Part shown: positions 37,905 through 49,984 of the stretch, piece after piece | How positions within the stretch are numbered: position 1 is the stretch's first letter | How the letters are laid out: every line of letters begins with the position of its first letter | From: Mobula birostris | Taxonomy: Eukaryota | DNA: 64,000 nt | Direction of reading: 5' to 3' | Assembly: GCF_030028105.1 (NCBI RefSeq) | Contig: NC_092394.1 | Location: forward strand, 42,386,477-42,450,476 | Made by a program: the position numbers and the translations under genes | Notes under the pieces: model-generated | Databases searched by the model: none | Told to the model about the DNA's origin: nothing | What the model saw: the letters and a program-made list of their open reading frames with translations, nothing else

Positions 37905-38990
37905 AAGTTAAGTCAAGTCAAGTCAAGTCACTTTTTATTGTCATTTCGACCATAACTGCTGGTACAGTACACAGTAAAAATAAGACAAAGTGTTTCACAA
38001 CCATGGTGTTACATGAAACAATACAAAAACTACACTGAACTATGTAAAACAACACAAAAACCACACTAGACTACAGACCTACCCAGGACTGCATAAAGTG
38101 CACGCAACAGTGCAGGCATTACAATAAATAACAAACAAGACAACAGGCACAGTAAAGGGCAGTAGGTTGGTGTCAGTCCAGGCTCTGGGTATTGAGGAGT
38201 CTGATGGCTTGGGGGAAGAAACTGTTACATAGTCTGGTCATGAGGGCCCAAATACTTCGGTGCCTTTTGCCAGATGACAGGAGGGAGAAGAGTTTGTATG
38301 AGGGGTGCATGGGGTCCTTCATAATGCTGTTTGCTTTGCGGATGCAGCATGTGGTGTAAATGTCTGTAATGGCGGGAAGAGAGACCCCGATGATTTTCTC
38401 AGCTGACCTCACTATCCGCTGCAGGGCCTTGCGATCCAAGATGGTACAATTTCCGAACGAGGCAGTGATGCAGCTGCTCAGGATGCTCTCAGTACAACCT
38501 CTGTAGAATGTGGTGAGGTTGGGGGGGGGGGGGGGCGGTGGGAGATGGACTTTTCTCAGCCTTCACAGAAAGTAGAGACACTGCTGGGCTTTCTTTGCTA
38601 TGGAGCTGGTGTTGAGGGACCAGATGAGATTCTCCGCCAGGTGAACACCAAGAAATTTGATGCTCTTAACGATCTCTACGAGGAGTCATCGATGTTCAGT
38701 GGAGTGTGGTCGCTCTGTGTCTTCCTGAAGTCAACAACCATCTCTTTTGTTCGCATTGAGAGACAAGTTGTTGGCTCTGCACCAGTCTGTTAGCCGCTGC
38801 ACCTCTTCTCTGTATGCTGACTCATCGCTCTTGCTGATGAGACCCACCACGGTTGTGTCATTGGCGAACTTGATGATATGATTTGAACTGTGTGTTGCAG
38901 CACAGCCGTGGGTTAGCAGAGTGAACAGCAGTGGACTGAGCACACAGCCCTGGGGGCCCCCATGCTCAGTGTGATGGTGTTGGAGATGTC
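37905..38990 (-). mobile_element. Rex1/Babar-type LINE, RT to 3' end, with (GACTT)n tail, young
   Basis: LSPLLFTLLTH.CAATHSSNHIIKFANDTTVVGLI and DRKALQRIVRSAEKIIG..FFPQAIRLLN. The tail is aagtcaagtcaagtc on the + strand. A G homopolymer lies at 38521-38535. Confidence 0.9.
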
Positions 38991-39254
38991 ACATACAAGA
39001 AGTTAATGAGTTCAATCCAGATTCATCCAACTTTTCATATTTTTTGTTAACACCAGCCCAACTCTCACATTTTTGAGAGACACAAAAGAGTTCTTAATGT
39101 CACTGATCTAAGATGTTTAAAGATCTATGCTATTTTTTCCAGAAATTCTAATTGCAGCAGCTTAGTGTCTTCATGTCCAAATACACTACAGTATGTCTTT
39201 GAAAAACATCAACTCATTCTTGGGACCTGAATCTCTCTGTCATTACAATATATA

Positions 39255-39605
39255 GAAAATAGAACAGCAGTGCAAGGGGACAGGCCCTTTGGCCAAAAAC
39301 ATTGCTGACTGACTTTAACTGAATCTCTGCCTGTACATGATAAATTTCCTTCCATTTCCTGCGTATTCCAGTGTCTAACAGCTCTTTAAATGCCGCTGTC
39401 ACATCTGCTTCCATTACTATCCCTGGCAGCCAGTTTCAAGCACTGTGTAAAAACTTGTCCCAAACATCTCCTTTAAATTCTGCCCGCTCACGTCAAAAGT
39501 TTGTCCTCTAATACTTGATATTCTTACCCTGAGGTAAAAAAAGATTCTGACTATCTGCCCTATCTGCACTTCTCATAATTTTATAAACTTCTGTCAGATC
39601 TTCCT
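39255..39605 (-). mobile_element. CR1 LINE 3' end
   Basis: DLTEVYKIMR..DRADSQNLF and EADVTAAFKELLD on the minus strand, with a CR1-type tail. Confidence 0.75.
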
Positions 39606-39799
39606 GGACTAAGATGGTGTCAATAAGTGGCACTCTGCTTGAAGCTCTGATGGGAATCATCATATATTCCCATTTAGCACTACAACAGCGGAAATCCACA
39701 GTCACAGCCATGGGTACTTGGTAACCAGCATTGTTTTAAGACATGTAAAAAATCAATTGATACTCATAATCGATGAACCTCCAACAGCCGATTCATGTT

Positions 39800-41365
39800 G
39801 CAAGTGTGGTTTCCCTTTAAGAAAATGGAAGTGGGGACAATGTGCTGGTCTACAAGTATGATTAAAATGCCTTAGACCCCATTCCCAACTATCCTGCTGC
39901 CAAATATACAATCTCTGGAAAATAAAATTGAAGACCTCAGAGCAATATTGCTGTACCAGAAAGACACCAGGGAGTGAGGTGTACTTTGCTTCAGGAAATA
40001 TGGGTATCACCCACCATTTTGGACGCAGCGCTGTAGCCCAGTGGCTTTATCATTCTCTACAAAGACATCAGCTCAGCCTTTTAAAGATAAAAGAGGTTTA
40101 GTATGACCTATGATTAATTCATCGTGGTGCATGGAGACTTGGAGGTTCCATCTCAGTCCGTCCTAGAATATCTAGCAGTCAAATGTTGTCCACTTTATGT
40201 GCTGAGGGAGTTTTCCACTATCATCCTGATAGTGGCGTACTTTCCAGCTCAGGCAGGCACTGGAGGAGCAAAGCATCGTAATCAGCAGGTACAAAACTCC
40301 ACACCCTGATGCCAATCCTATCATTGCTGGGTATTTCAACCAGGCCAGCTTGAAGATGTCTCTGAACAACTAGCACCAACATATCAGCTATGGAACCAGA
40401 GGAGCCAACACACTTGACTACTGTTAATAATAGGCATCCGTTAGTCTCATGAGACCATGGATTTGCACCTTGGAAGGTGTCCAGGGCACAGGCCTGGACA
40501 AGGTTGTATGGAAGACCAGCAGTTGCCCATGCTGCAAGTCTCCCCTCTCCACACCACCGATGTTGTCCAAGGGAAGGGCATTCGGACCCATACAGCTTGG
40601 CACCAGTGTCGTCGCAGAGCAATGTGTGGTTAAGTGTCTTGCCCAAGGACACGCTGCCTCAGCCAAGGCTCGAACTAGCGACCTTCAAATCACTAGACGA
40701 ACGCCTTAACCACTTGGCCACGCACCAACACTGTTATACCACCATCAAAAACACATACCATGCCATCCCATACCCACAATTTGGTAAGTCCAATCTCCTG
40801 GGTCTCCTTCTACTCCCGGCATATAGGCAGAGACTAAAGACTGCAGCACCAGTGGTGAAGACCAAGAAGGTATGGTCAAGGGAGGTGGACAAGTGCTTAC
40901 AGAACTGCCTTGATCAGTGGATTGGACAGTATTCAGGGATTCATCTGTGTATCTGAAGGAATACACCACAGCTTTTTCAGGAAGTGAATGGATGAGTGTG
41001 TGTCTTCAAGGACATATCAGACATACCCAAAACAAAAGCTGTGGATGTACTAGGAGATTTAGTGGCATTTGAGACCAGTGATCCAGAGTTATACAAGAAG
41101 TCCAGGTATGGTCTGCGGAAGCCTATTGTTAGAGTAAGGTTAGAGTCAGAAACAGAAGCACGTCATCTCTGGCAGGATTTGCAGGATGTTACTTTCTAGA
41201 AGGCAAAACCTAACATCATGAATGGCTGTAGTGCTTCACTCCCAGATGAGCTCAAAGCCTTTTAAGCAAACTACACCTTTGCAAATCCCTGCAACATCTG
41301 GTGACCCTGTAATCTATCTCAGAGGCTGATGTAGGAACAACCTTCAAAAGAGTGAATTTTCACTA
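39800..41365 (+). mobile_element. Rex1/Babar-type LINE endonuclease and linker region, interrupted by a SINE
   Basis: LEYLAVKCCPLYVLREFS, IIAG.FNQA, TLDYC|YTTIKNTY and LLLPAYRQRLK motifs. Confidence 0.8.
40427..40729 (-). mobile_element. tRNA-derived SINE (about 300 bp) with 7-bp TSD ACTGTTA
   Basis: Minus strand has A box TGGCCAAGTGG and B box AGTTCGAGCC, and ends gagactaacggatgcctattat. TSD at 40420-40426 and 40730-40736. CpG-rich. Confidence 0.85.
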
Positions 41366-41498
41366 AATATTTCATTGTCATAGAGTAGAATGGTGAGATA
41401 ATTTACACAACGATGACGTTAATAATTTTTAAAATTAGATTTCAAAGGCATATTGTTAAGTTAATCTTTACCTTGTTGTGCATTGCTCCATTTCTCAG

Positions 41499-41775
41499 GT
41501 CCACCCGTGACAGTGAAGATGAAGAAGAAGAAGAACGAAGCAAAACACGAGGCTGCACTCTGCAATACCAGCATGCATTAGTACGAGTCTTTACTCAATT
41601 CCACACAACCTCTTCAGAGGGTACAGATCAGATAATCACCATGTTAGGATCGGAATGGTCAGTTGACGTCACCGATCTAGTCAGTGACTTCATGAGAGTG
41701 GAGGACACAAGAATTGCACAGATTATGGAAGGCAATATACTTGGTGGACGTGAACCTGGAACTACTATGTTCAAG
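41499..41775 (+). CDS. TMEM132E: Next internal coding exon of TMEM132E-like (277 nt, phase 2 in, phase 0 out)
   Basis: Acceptor ccatttctcag|G and donor AAG|gttag. The split codon AG+G (Arg) joins in frame to the previous exon. Translation STRDSEDEEEEERSKTRGCTLQYQHALVRVFTQFHTTSSEGTDQIITMLGSEWSVDVTDLVSDFMRVEDTRIAQIMEGNILGGREPGTTMFK is TMEM132E-like. Confidence 0.93.
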
Positions 41776-42273
41776 GTTAGCTATTTGTCATAAAATTGAA
41801 GTGTTTGCTTTTGGGTAAAGAGTGGCGATAAATTATACAGAAGGTTGAGTTTTATTGTTTAACATATAGAAAAATATGCAGAATATTTGTGATATGTTAG
41901 TGTGCGTCATATAAATAACAATCTCATGACTTCCATAAGCATGCATGCTTTCTTAGTTAATAATCTTAACCAACCAATACTATGAGGTAGCTCAAAATGT
42001 GACTACTTCCTATTCATATGTATTTGAACGCTACTGTTGATTTCATACGTCAGGGCAGCAGGAAATGATCAGCTTTTTATATCTTAATACCTGTTTAGAG
42101 CACAAAAAATTGGCTTGTAAGTTGTGCAAAGGATTATAATACAGGCAACCCCTGGATTATAACTATTATGGAAATGGCACTTTGCCCTTATAGAATTCAT
42201 AATCATTATCCAGAAATTTTACATAAACAATAAAATTAGCTCTCATGGAACTTATGTGAATAAAAAGTAAGTA

Positions 42274-42911
42274 CAGTCAGCCCTCCGTATCCGTGGGTTC
42301 TGCATCTGCGGATTCCACCAACCGCGGATTGAAAATATTCGGGAAAAAAAATTCCAGAAAGTTCCAAAAAGCAAAACTTGAATTTGCCGCGCGACGAGCA
42401 CTACACTGTATCCATGCGAATGAAGTGATATGTAGGCATACCCTGCTGCAGCCTCCCGCCATTTCACAGATCCTCAGTTTCTCTCGCGCACTCGTTTGAG
42501 CATTGTTCGCCTTGAGTCTCGTTCGTTCGCTACTTGCATTGTGAGCAAGAGGAAGGAATTTAAGGCTATAAGGGATGGCTAGCTAGCTATGTAAAGCACT
42601 ACAGCCTCAAGAACTTAAAGATCACGGGAGAATCGGCATCGGTTAGTGCCGAGCCAGCATCAGTGTTCCCAGAAGAGNNNNNNNNNNNNNNNNNNNNNNN
42701 NNNNNNNNNNNNNNNNNNNNNNNNNNNNNNNNNNNNNNNNNNNNNNNNNNNNNNNNNNNNNNNNNNNNNNNNNNNNNNNNNNNNNNNNNNNNNNNNNNNN
42801 NNNNNNNNNNNNNNNNNNNNNNNNNNNNNNNNNNNNNNNNNNNNNNNNNNNNNNNNNNNNNNNNNNNNNNNNNNNNNNNNNNNNNNNNNNNNNNNNNNNN
42901 AAGGACGACTG
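42274..42911 (+). mobile_element. pogo/Tigger (MER2-like) DNA transposon derivative spanning the assembly gap
   Basis: TA|CAGTCAGCCCTCCGTATCC at the left and GGACGACTG|TA immediately after the gap. The internal peptide KGWLASYVKHYSLKNLKITGESASVSAEPASVFPEE resembles the CENP-B-type HTH end of Tigger transposases. Confidence 0.8.
42678..42900. other. Assembly gap (223 N)
   Basis: Run of n. Confidence 0.99.
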
Positions 42912-43799
42912 TACACACAATTTTTTAGCTCATTATGAAAAGTCAAGATACAGGCTGCTTTCTAGGATCATAGGGTTGCCTGTACGCTTCCAAAGATTAT
43001 TGTGATAATTAGAATTCACAAGGTACTGAAGAATTCGTTGAAATCTGCTACAGTCATAAACAGAAGTCCCATCTTGGGATGAAGAAAATATTTTGGTCAT
43101 TTAAACATTATTGGAAGCAGTATGTTGTAGAATACATACAAGAAAATTGAAATGACTGATCATAAATAAGGTAAGTCTATTAGCTCCAGTTCATCAGTTA
43201 ACATCCTTAGAAGTTAGCATGTGTGCAAATACATAGGGGCGGAGAAATAGGAAGGTGAGTATATAGTGAGAATCTGAAATATGGGAAAATAAATACATGA
43301 ATGGTATAGAAGTAAGCAAATAACAAATGAAATGTCTTTTGGCATAGTACATCTCAGCAAATAATTGATTACATATAGCAAAGCAATCTTACATTTACAG
43401 TTAAGAACTTCCTGAAGTTCTTAACCAAAGAGCTTTTGAAGTACTACAGCAGCTAATTTTCACACAGCTAAAACGTAGATATAGTGAATGATAAAAATAA
43501 TCATTATATTTGTTTCTGATGACCTGGGTTAAAGATAGACTGCTGACAAATTCTAAGGTTGTTGGTTTCCTCTGACATGTCAACATGAAGATCCAAAGCT
43601 AAGAAATAATTCATATCAAAACAGAAAATGCTGGGATAATTTAGTTGGTAAGGTAGCTTTTGTGGAAAGTCAAAGTTAATGGTTCAGATCTGAGACCCTA
43701 CGTTCAAATGTTCAAAGTAAATTTTATTATCAAAGTACATATATTGTCACCATATACTACACTGAAATTCATTTTCTTGTGGGCATTCACAGTAAATAT

Positions 43800-44481
43800 G
43801 GGGGGAGGAGAAGATGGCGGTGCGACACAGCGCGTGCAGCCTCTCCGAATGATATCGTATTTGTGAACTAGGATGCTGTGCACAATCCTGATTTGATGGA
43901 GACAGCCGTGAGAAGCACGGAGGAACATCTGGAGAAACTTCTGAAATGCCTGCTTCGCTGCCGCTGCTACTGTGCAATTGAGAATCTCTGGAGGGGAAGG
44001 CCCCAAATCCTCAGCTTTGCCTATTGCCTTTTGCCGGGGCTGGGGTCGAAGCGCTCGGCAGAGATGGTGCTTGGCGCTCGGTGTCGGAGAGCTGGTCGGG
44101 GGCTTGAAGTTTTCGGATGGACTCGGAGTTGGGCTATGGTTGGGTGCTTCCAGGGTGCTGCATCGGCAAGTTTGCGGCACTGGAAGCTCATGGCAGGGAG
44201 AGTTTCTCTCTTCAACCGTCTGCGTGAGATGATGGGCTATTGGGACAGAGACTTTTTTTTACCGTGCCCATGGTCTGTTCTTCTATCAAATTACGGTATT
44301 GCTTGCACTGTTGTAATTATATGTTATAATTATGCGGTTTTTGTCAGTTTTTTTAGTCTTGGTTTGTCTTGTGTTTCTGTGATATCATTCTGGAGGAAAA
44401 AAATGTATCATTTCTTAATGCATGCATTACTAAATGACAATAAAAGAGGACTGCATGTCTTCATAATCTAATCTAATCTAA
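43800..44481 (+). mobile_element. Non-autonomous non-LTR retroposon (about 680 bp) with (AATCT)n tail
   Basis: Starts ggagAAGATGGCGG, has a CpG-rich body, and ends caataaaagaggactgcatgtcttcataatctaatctaatctaa. It interrupts the 3' UTR of a minus-strand Rex1. Confidence 0.7.
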
Positions 44482-45540
44482 GTAACAAGAAACATTAGAA
44501 TCAAAGAAAAACTGCACATAATGACAAACAGACAACCAATATACAAAAGACAACAAATTGTGCAAATATAGAAAGAAGAAGAAAGAAATAATACTGAGAA
44601 CATGCGTTGTAGAGTCCTTGAAAGTAAGTCTGTGGAAATAATTCAGTTATGGGGTGTGTGGAGTTATCCCCTCTGGTTCAAGAAACTGTATGTTTGAGGA
44701 GTAATAACTGTCCGTGAATTTGTTGGTGTGGGATATAAGACGGTATCTCTTGTATCTCTTTTCTAATATCAGTACCACAAAGAGAAGATGGCCTGGATGG
44801 TGGGAGTCCTTGATAATGGATGCTGCTTTCCTTCAACTGCACTCCTTGTAAATGTGCTCAGTGATGGGGTGGGCTTTACTTGTGATGGACTGGGCTATAT
44901 ACACTACTTTTTGTAGGATTTTCCATTTAAGGGCATTGGTGTTTCCATACCAAGCTGTAATGCAGTCAGTTAGTATATTCTCCACCATGCATCACTAGAA
45001 GTTTGTCAACGTTTTAGGTGACATGCTGAATCTTCACAAACTTCTAAGAATGTAGAGGTACTACTACCATCCCTTCTTTGTAATGGCACTTAAATGCTGT
45101 ACCCAAGACAGATCCTCTGAAATGATAACTCAGAGGAATTTAAAGTTACTGACCCTCTCCACCTCTGATCCCCTAATGAGGACTGGCTCATGGACCTCTG
45201 GTTTCCTCCTATAGCCAATAATCAGCTCTTTGGTTTTGCTGAGGTTGAGTGAGAGTGTTCTGGCTCCATCTGGTATATTTTCAATCTCCCTCCTCTATGC
45301 TGATTCGTCACCACCTTTGATTCTGCCAATAATAGTAGCTTTGTCAGCAAACTTAAATATGGCATTGCTGTGCTTAGCCTCACAGTTAGAAGTATAAAGC
45401 GAATAGAGCAGTGGGCTAAATGCAGCTGTGCTGATGGTGATTGTGGAGGAGATGTGGTTGCCAATCTGAGATGAATGGGGTCTGCAAGAGATGAAATTGA
45501 GGATCCAGTTGCATAAGGAGGTATTAAGGCCTAGGTTTAG

Positions 45541-45941
45541 GAGATCCTGACCACCCAGGTCATGTTCTTTTCTCACTGCTGCCATCAGATAGAAGGTACA
45601 AGAGCCTCACGACTGGCAACACTAGGTTCAAGAACAGTTACTACCCCACAACCATCAGGCTCCTGAACAAAAAGAGATAACTACACTCATTTGCCCATCC
45701 AATACGGTGGTTCCATAACCAACGATCTCACTTTAAGGATTCTTTATCTTGTTATTTCATGTTCCAGTTATGTATTGCTATTTATTTATGTTTGCATTTG
45801 CACAGTTTGTCTTCTGCACTCTGGATGATCTTTCACTGATCCTGTTATAGACTTGCTGAGTATACCTGCAGAGAAATTAATCTCAGGGTTTTATGCGATG
45901 ACATATATGTACTTTGATAATAAAATTTAGTTTGAACTTTG
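45541..45941 (+). mobile_element. Rex1-type 3' end inserted antisense into a related Rex1
   Basis: Homologous to 13020-13385 and ends aataaaatttagtttgaactttg. The host RT sequence resumes on both sides. Confidence 0.8.
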
Positions 45942-46435
45942 GAGCTTATTGATTAGTTTTGAGGGGATGCTAGTGTTGAATGCAGAGCTACAGTCAGCGA
46001 GTAGCATCTTGATATATGCTTCTTCACAGCCCAGATGTTCCAAAGTTGAGTGAAGAGCCAATGAAATGGCATTTGCTGGTGACCTGTTGTGACAGTAGGC
46101 AAACTGGAGCTGATCCAAGTCGCTCCTCAAGCAGGAGTTGATATGTTTTCAAAGCATTTCATCACAGTGTTTGTAAATGCTACTGGACGATAGCCATTGA
46201 AGCCGGTTACCAAATTCTTAGTAGGCACTGGTATAAGAATAGCTTGCTTGTTGCAGATGGATAACTCAGATTGCTGAAGCAGAAGGTTAAAGATATCAGT
46301 AAATACTCCAGCCAGTTGATTAGCACAGGTCTTCAGGACTCAGCCAGGTACATTGTCTGGGTCAGATGCTTTCCGTAGGGTCACCCTCCCAAAGGATACC
46401 CTCACATTAGCCTCAGAGACTGATATCACAGGGTT

Positions 46436-46550
46436 GTCAGGGTCTCAAAACTGAAACAGTAAATCTGTTTCAACTTCCGCAATTGCTGCCTGACTAACTG
46501 AATGTCTCCAACATATTCTATTTTTATTCCAGACTTCCAGCATCTTTCTT
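46436..46550 (+). mobile_element. Old Penelope-like terminal repeat
   Basis: cagggtctcaaaactgaaacag..gctgcctgactaactgaatgtctccaacatattctatttttattccagacttccagcatct. Confidence 0.55.
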
Positions 46551-47089
46551 ATTTTCATTATGCCGTGAATCTTCCAATGTGTGTTGCAGAAGGAAATTGT
46601 ATTACAAGAAAGATGTTTTTGATTTTCTAATCTCCAAATCATCTCATTACATAAATTTGCAACTGGTATATATCCATACTTAAAAATGCAAAACATAATG
46701 CAGTAAAAAAACAAAAAAACAACATGGTGAAGATTTACTCCTAATAATTTCTGATTAAACAGAAATAAATTGCCTGCAGCACTCCTGAATAAATGGACAG
46801 CAGTGTTCAGACTTCTCTGAATGATGAACTTTGATCATCACTGGTCAGAATATAAATTGTAATTATTAATTTTCATGGGGGGGGGCATTGCTAATTCCTG
46901 ATTTCCCTGGAGAAGTTATTAATGAGATGGCTTCATGAAATGCTGCAGTCCTGGTGAAGGTACAACATCAGTGCTGTTGTGTAGGAAGTTCCTGGACTTA
47001 AAGAATGACAGTGCATTTCAAATTGTAACCATCTGTGACTTGCTGCTTGCCCTGCCCTTTCTGGTATAATAGAACAGTTCGGAGAGTAC

Positions 47090-49970
47090 AGGCAATTCGG
47101 CCCACATTAATGTGCTAACCTTTAACCTGTTCCACGATCAATCTAACACTTCCCTCCTACTTAACCTCTATTTTTCTTTCATTCATGTGCCTATCCAAGA
47201 GTCTTTTAAGTGCCCCAATGTATCAGCCACAACCACCACCCTGGCAGTGCCTTACAGAGTGTTGTCATTTTCCATGTAAAGAGCACAACTCTGACATCTC
47301 TGCCCCAAAATCTTCCTCCACTCACCTTAAAATAGCGTCTTCTGGTTTTAGCCGTTGTGAAAAAAGGTACTAACTCACTGAACAACAACTATAGCTCAGC
47401 ATTTAGCACCATCATTCCTATAGTCCTGATTGAAAAGCCACAGAACCTAGGCCTCTACTTCCTAATTGGAAGGTTACAATTGTGTGGATTGATAGTAACA
47501 TCGTCTCCTCATGACAATCAATACAGGTGCACCTCGGGGATGTATGCCTAACTCACTGCTCTACTCTCAGTATACCTATGACTGTATGGCTAGGTACAGG
47601 GGCAAGATACACTAGCTTGTTGAGTTGTGTCGCAGTAACAACCTTGCATTCAATTTCAGTAAGACCAAAGAACTGATTGTGGACGTTGGAAAGGGTAAGA
47701 TAAGGGAACATGAACCAATCATCATAGATTAGATTAGATTATGATTACACGTAATCCTCTTTTATTGTCATTTAAGAATCAGAGGGATCAGAAGTGGAGA
47801 GAGAGAGCAATTTCAAGTTCTTGGGTGTCAATATCTCTGTGTATCTAACCTGGTCCCAACATACTGATGCAGCTATAAAGAAAGCAAGACAAGGGCTGTA
47901 TTTCATTAGGAGTTTGAAGGTAATTGGTCTGTCACACAAAACACTCAAACTTCAACAGATGTACTGTGGAGAACACTCTGAGAAGCTGCATCACCATTTG
48001 GTACAAGGATGGGGCTACTGCACAGGATTGAAAGAAGATACAGGAAGTTATAAAGTTAATCAGCTCCATCATGGGTACTAACCTCCATAGTATGCAAGAC
48101 ATCTTCAAAAAGCGGGTCTCAAAAAGGTGGAGTCCATTAAGAAGTACCCCAATCACCCAGGGCATGCCCTCTTCTCACTGTTACCATCAGGAAGGAACTA
48201 CAGAAGCCTGAAGCCACACACTCAGCGATTCAGGAACAGCAGCTTCCCCTCTGCCATCCAGTTTCTAAGTGAACATTGAACCCATGAACACTACCTCACT
48301 TTTTTAATTATTTCTGTTTTTGCACTACTATTTTCAATTTAACTATTTAATATATGTATAGTTACTGTAATTATTTTTTCCTACATTATCATGTGTTGCT
48401 TTGTACTGCTGCTGCTAAGTTAACGACTTTCATGACATATGCCGGTGATATTAAAGCTGATTCTGATTCTGATTTCCTCGTAAGACACATTCTCTAATCT
48501 TGGCAGCATCCTCATAAATCTCCTCTCTAACGCTTTCACGTCTTTCCTATAATAAGGTGACCAGAACGGAATACAATATTCTTAAATGTGGTCTAACCAG
48601 AGTTTTGGAAAGCTACATCATTACCTTGACGCTCTTGAACTCAGTCCCCTGACCAATGAAGTCCAATATGCTTTCTTAACCACCATATAATCTTGTGCAG
48701 CATCTTTGAGGGATCTGTGGACTTGGACCTCAAAACCCTCACTTCCACCACACTGCTAAGAATCCTGCCATTAGCCATGTATTCTGCCTCAAAGATCATT
48801 TTAAAGTGAATTGCTTCACCATTTCCTAGCTTCAATTCCATCTGCCATGACAGCTCTTCATCCTGCAGTAACCAGTAGTCAATGATAACCTTCTACGCTG
48901 TTCACAACTCTGCAAACTGACTAATCCTCACCCCTCCCCACCTTCCACTTCCTCAACCAAGTCATATATAAAAATCACAAAAGAGTAGGGGTCCCGGAAC
49001 AGATCTCTGCAGTACACTACTCATCACCAACCTCCAGAAAGAATACACTCCACCTACTATCACTCTCTGCCTTCTTAAGCAATCCAGTTCCAAATCTATC
49101 ATGCCAAGTGTCTATGGATCCCATGCCTCATGAATTTCTGGATGAGCCTACCATGGGGAACTATGTGAAATGCCTTACCAAAATCCATATACACACAACC
49201 AGCACTCTATCTCCATGAATTGATTTTGTCATTTCCTCAAAAAAGTCAATTAGGATTCTGAAGTAAGACACAGCCCTCACAGAGCCATGCTGACTGTCCT
49301 GAATAAGAGAATGGCTCATCCAATGATCATAAATTATAAATTCTGTCCCTAAGAATCCTCTCCATTAGTTTGCACACCACTAACATAAGACTCACTGGTC
49401 TATAATTCCCAGAATTATTCCTATTATCCTTCTTGAACAAAGGTACAAATATTTGCCACACTCCAATTTTCTGATACAGCCCCTGTGCCCAATGAGAACA
49501 CAAAGATCATCTTCAAACACTTCGCAGTCTCTTCCCTTACTTCCTGTCTTAACCTGGGCTATATCCTATTTGGCCCTGGGGATTTATTTATCCTCATGTT
49601 TTTCAAAAGCTCTAACACTGCGTCATTATTAACGTTAACATGGTCTAGCACATCTGTCTGTTCTCTGATGACTCACGTTGATCAACGTCTCTCTCCCTGG
49701 TGAACACAGAAGCAAAGTATTCATTAAGGACCTCCCCTTCCTCCTCTGACTCCAGATATGTTTCCCACTTTATTCCAATGCCATCTTGCGTTCATTCTGG
49801 TCATTCTCCTGTTCTTTACATACATGTAGAATCCCATGTGTTTTCCATAATCCTGCTCACCAGGGCCTTCTCATGTCCCCAACTACTTCTCCTATATCTT
49901 TTTGTAAGCTTCTTCCCGGCTATCTTATAATTCTCAAGAGCCTTGAATGATCTTTGCTTCTTAAACCTTG
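47090..49970 (-). mobile_element. CR1 LINE (RT to 3' end) interrupted by a Rex1 copy
   Basis: The CR1 3' end is at 47090-47365 and resumes at about 48475. The reverse complement carries NYRPVSL, SQHG and VVYMDF.KAF motifs (48900-49420). Confidence 0.8.
47380..48473 (+). mobile_element. Rex1/Babar-type LINE 3' part with (TCTGAT)n tail
   Basis: ERESNFKFLGVNISV.LTWSQH..AIKKARQ.LYFIRSLK; ends ggtgatattaaagctgattctgattctgat. Confidence 0.88.
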
Positions 49971-49984
49971 TTAGATGTTTATCA

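Larger units (their letters stand above)
43702..46440 (-). mobile_element. Rex1/Babar-type LINE with (TTTGAAC)-type tail, carrying two nested insertions
   Basis: Tail gttcaaatgttcaaagtaaattttattatc. RT motifs [15 protein letters not shown] and LDQLQFAYCHNRS..AISLALHSTLEHL..SSAFNT. Interrupted at about 43800-44480 and 45541-45941. Confidence 0.85.

Noticed and set aside
40660-40729. tRNA-like sequence on the minus strand
   Set aside because: It is the head of a TSD-flanked SINE, with no acceptor-stem pairing or Pol III terminator after the B box.
41413-41498. ATG-initiated N-terminal extension of the second TMEM132E exon ORF
   Set aside because: This is intron sequence read in frame by chance. 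Homology starts at the AG acceptor at 41498.
42599-43005. Five ORFs of 86-119 aa in the ORF track
   Set aside because: They are artefacts of translating through the 223-N gap.
43878-44471. 197-aa ORF, the longest in the track, with overlapping antisense ORFs
   Set aside because: It lies wholly within a GC-rich repeat, starts at a non-ATG codon, and has no recognisable domain.
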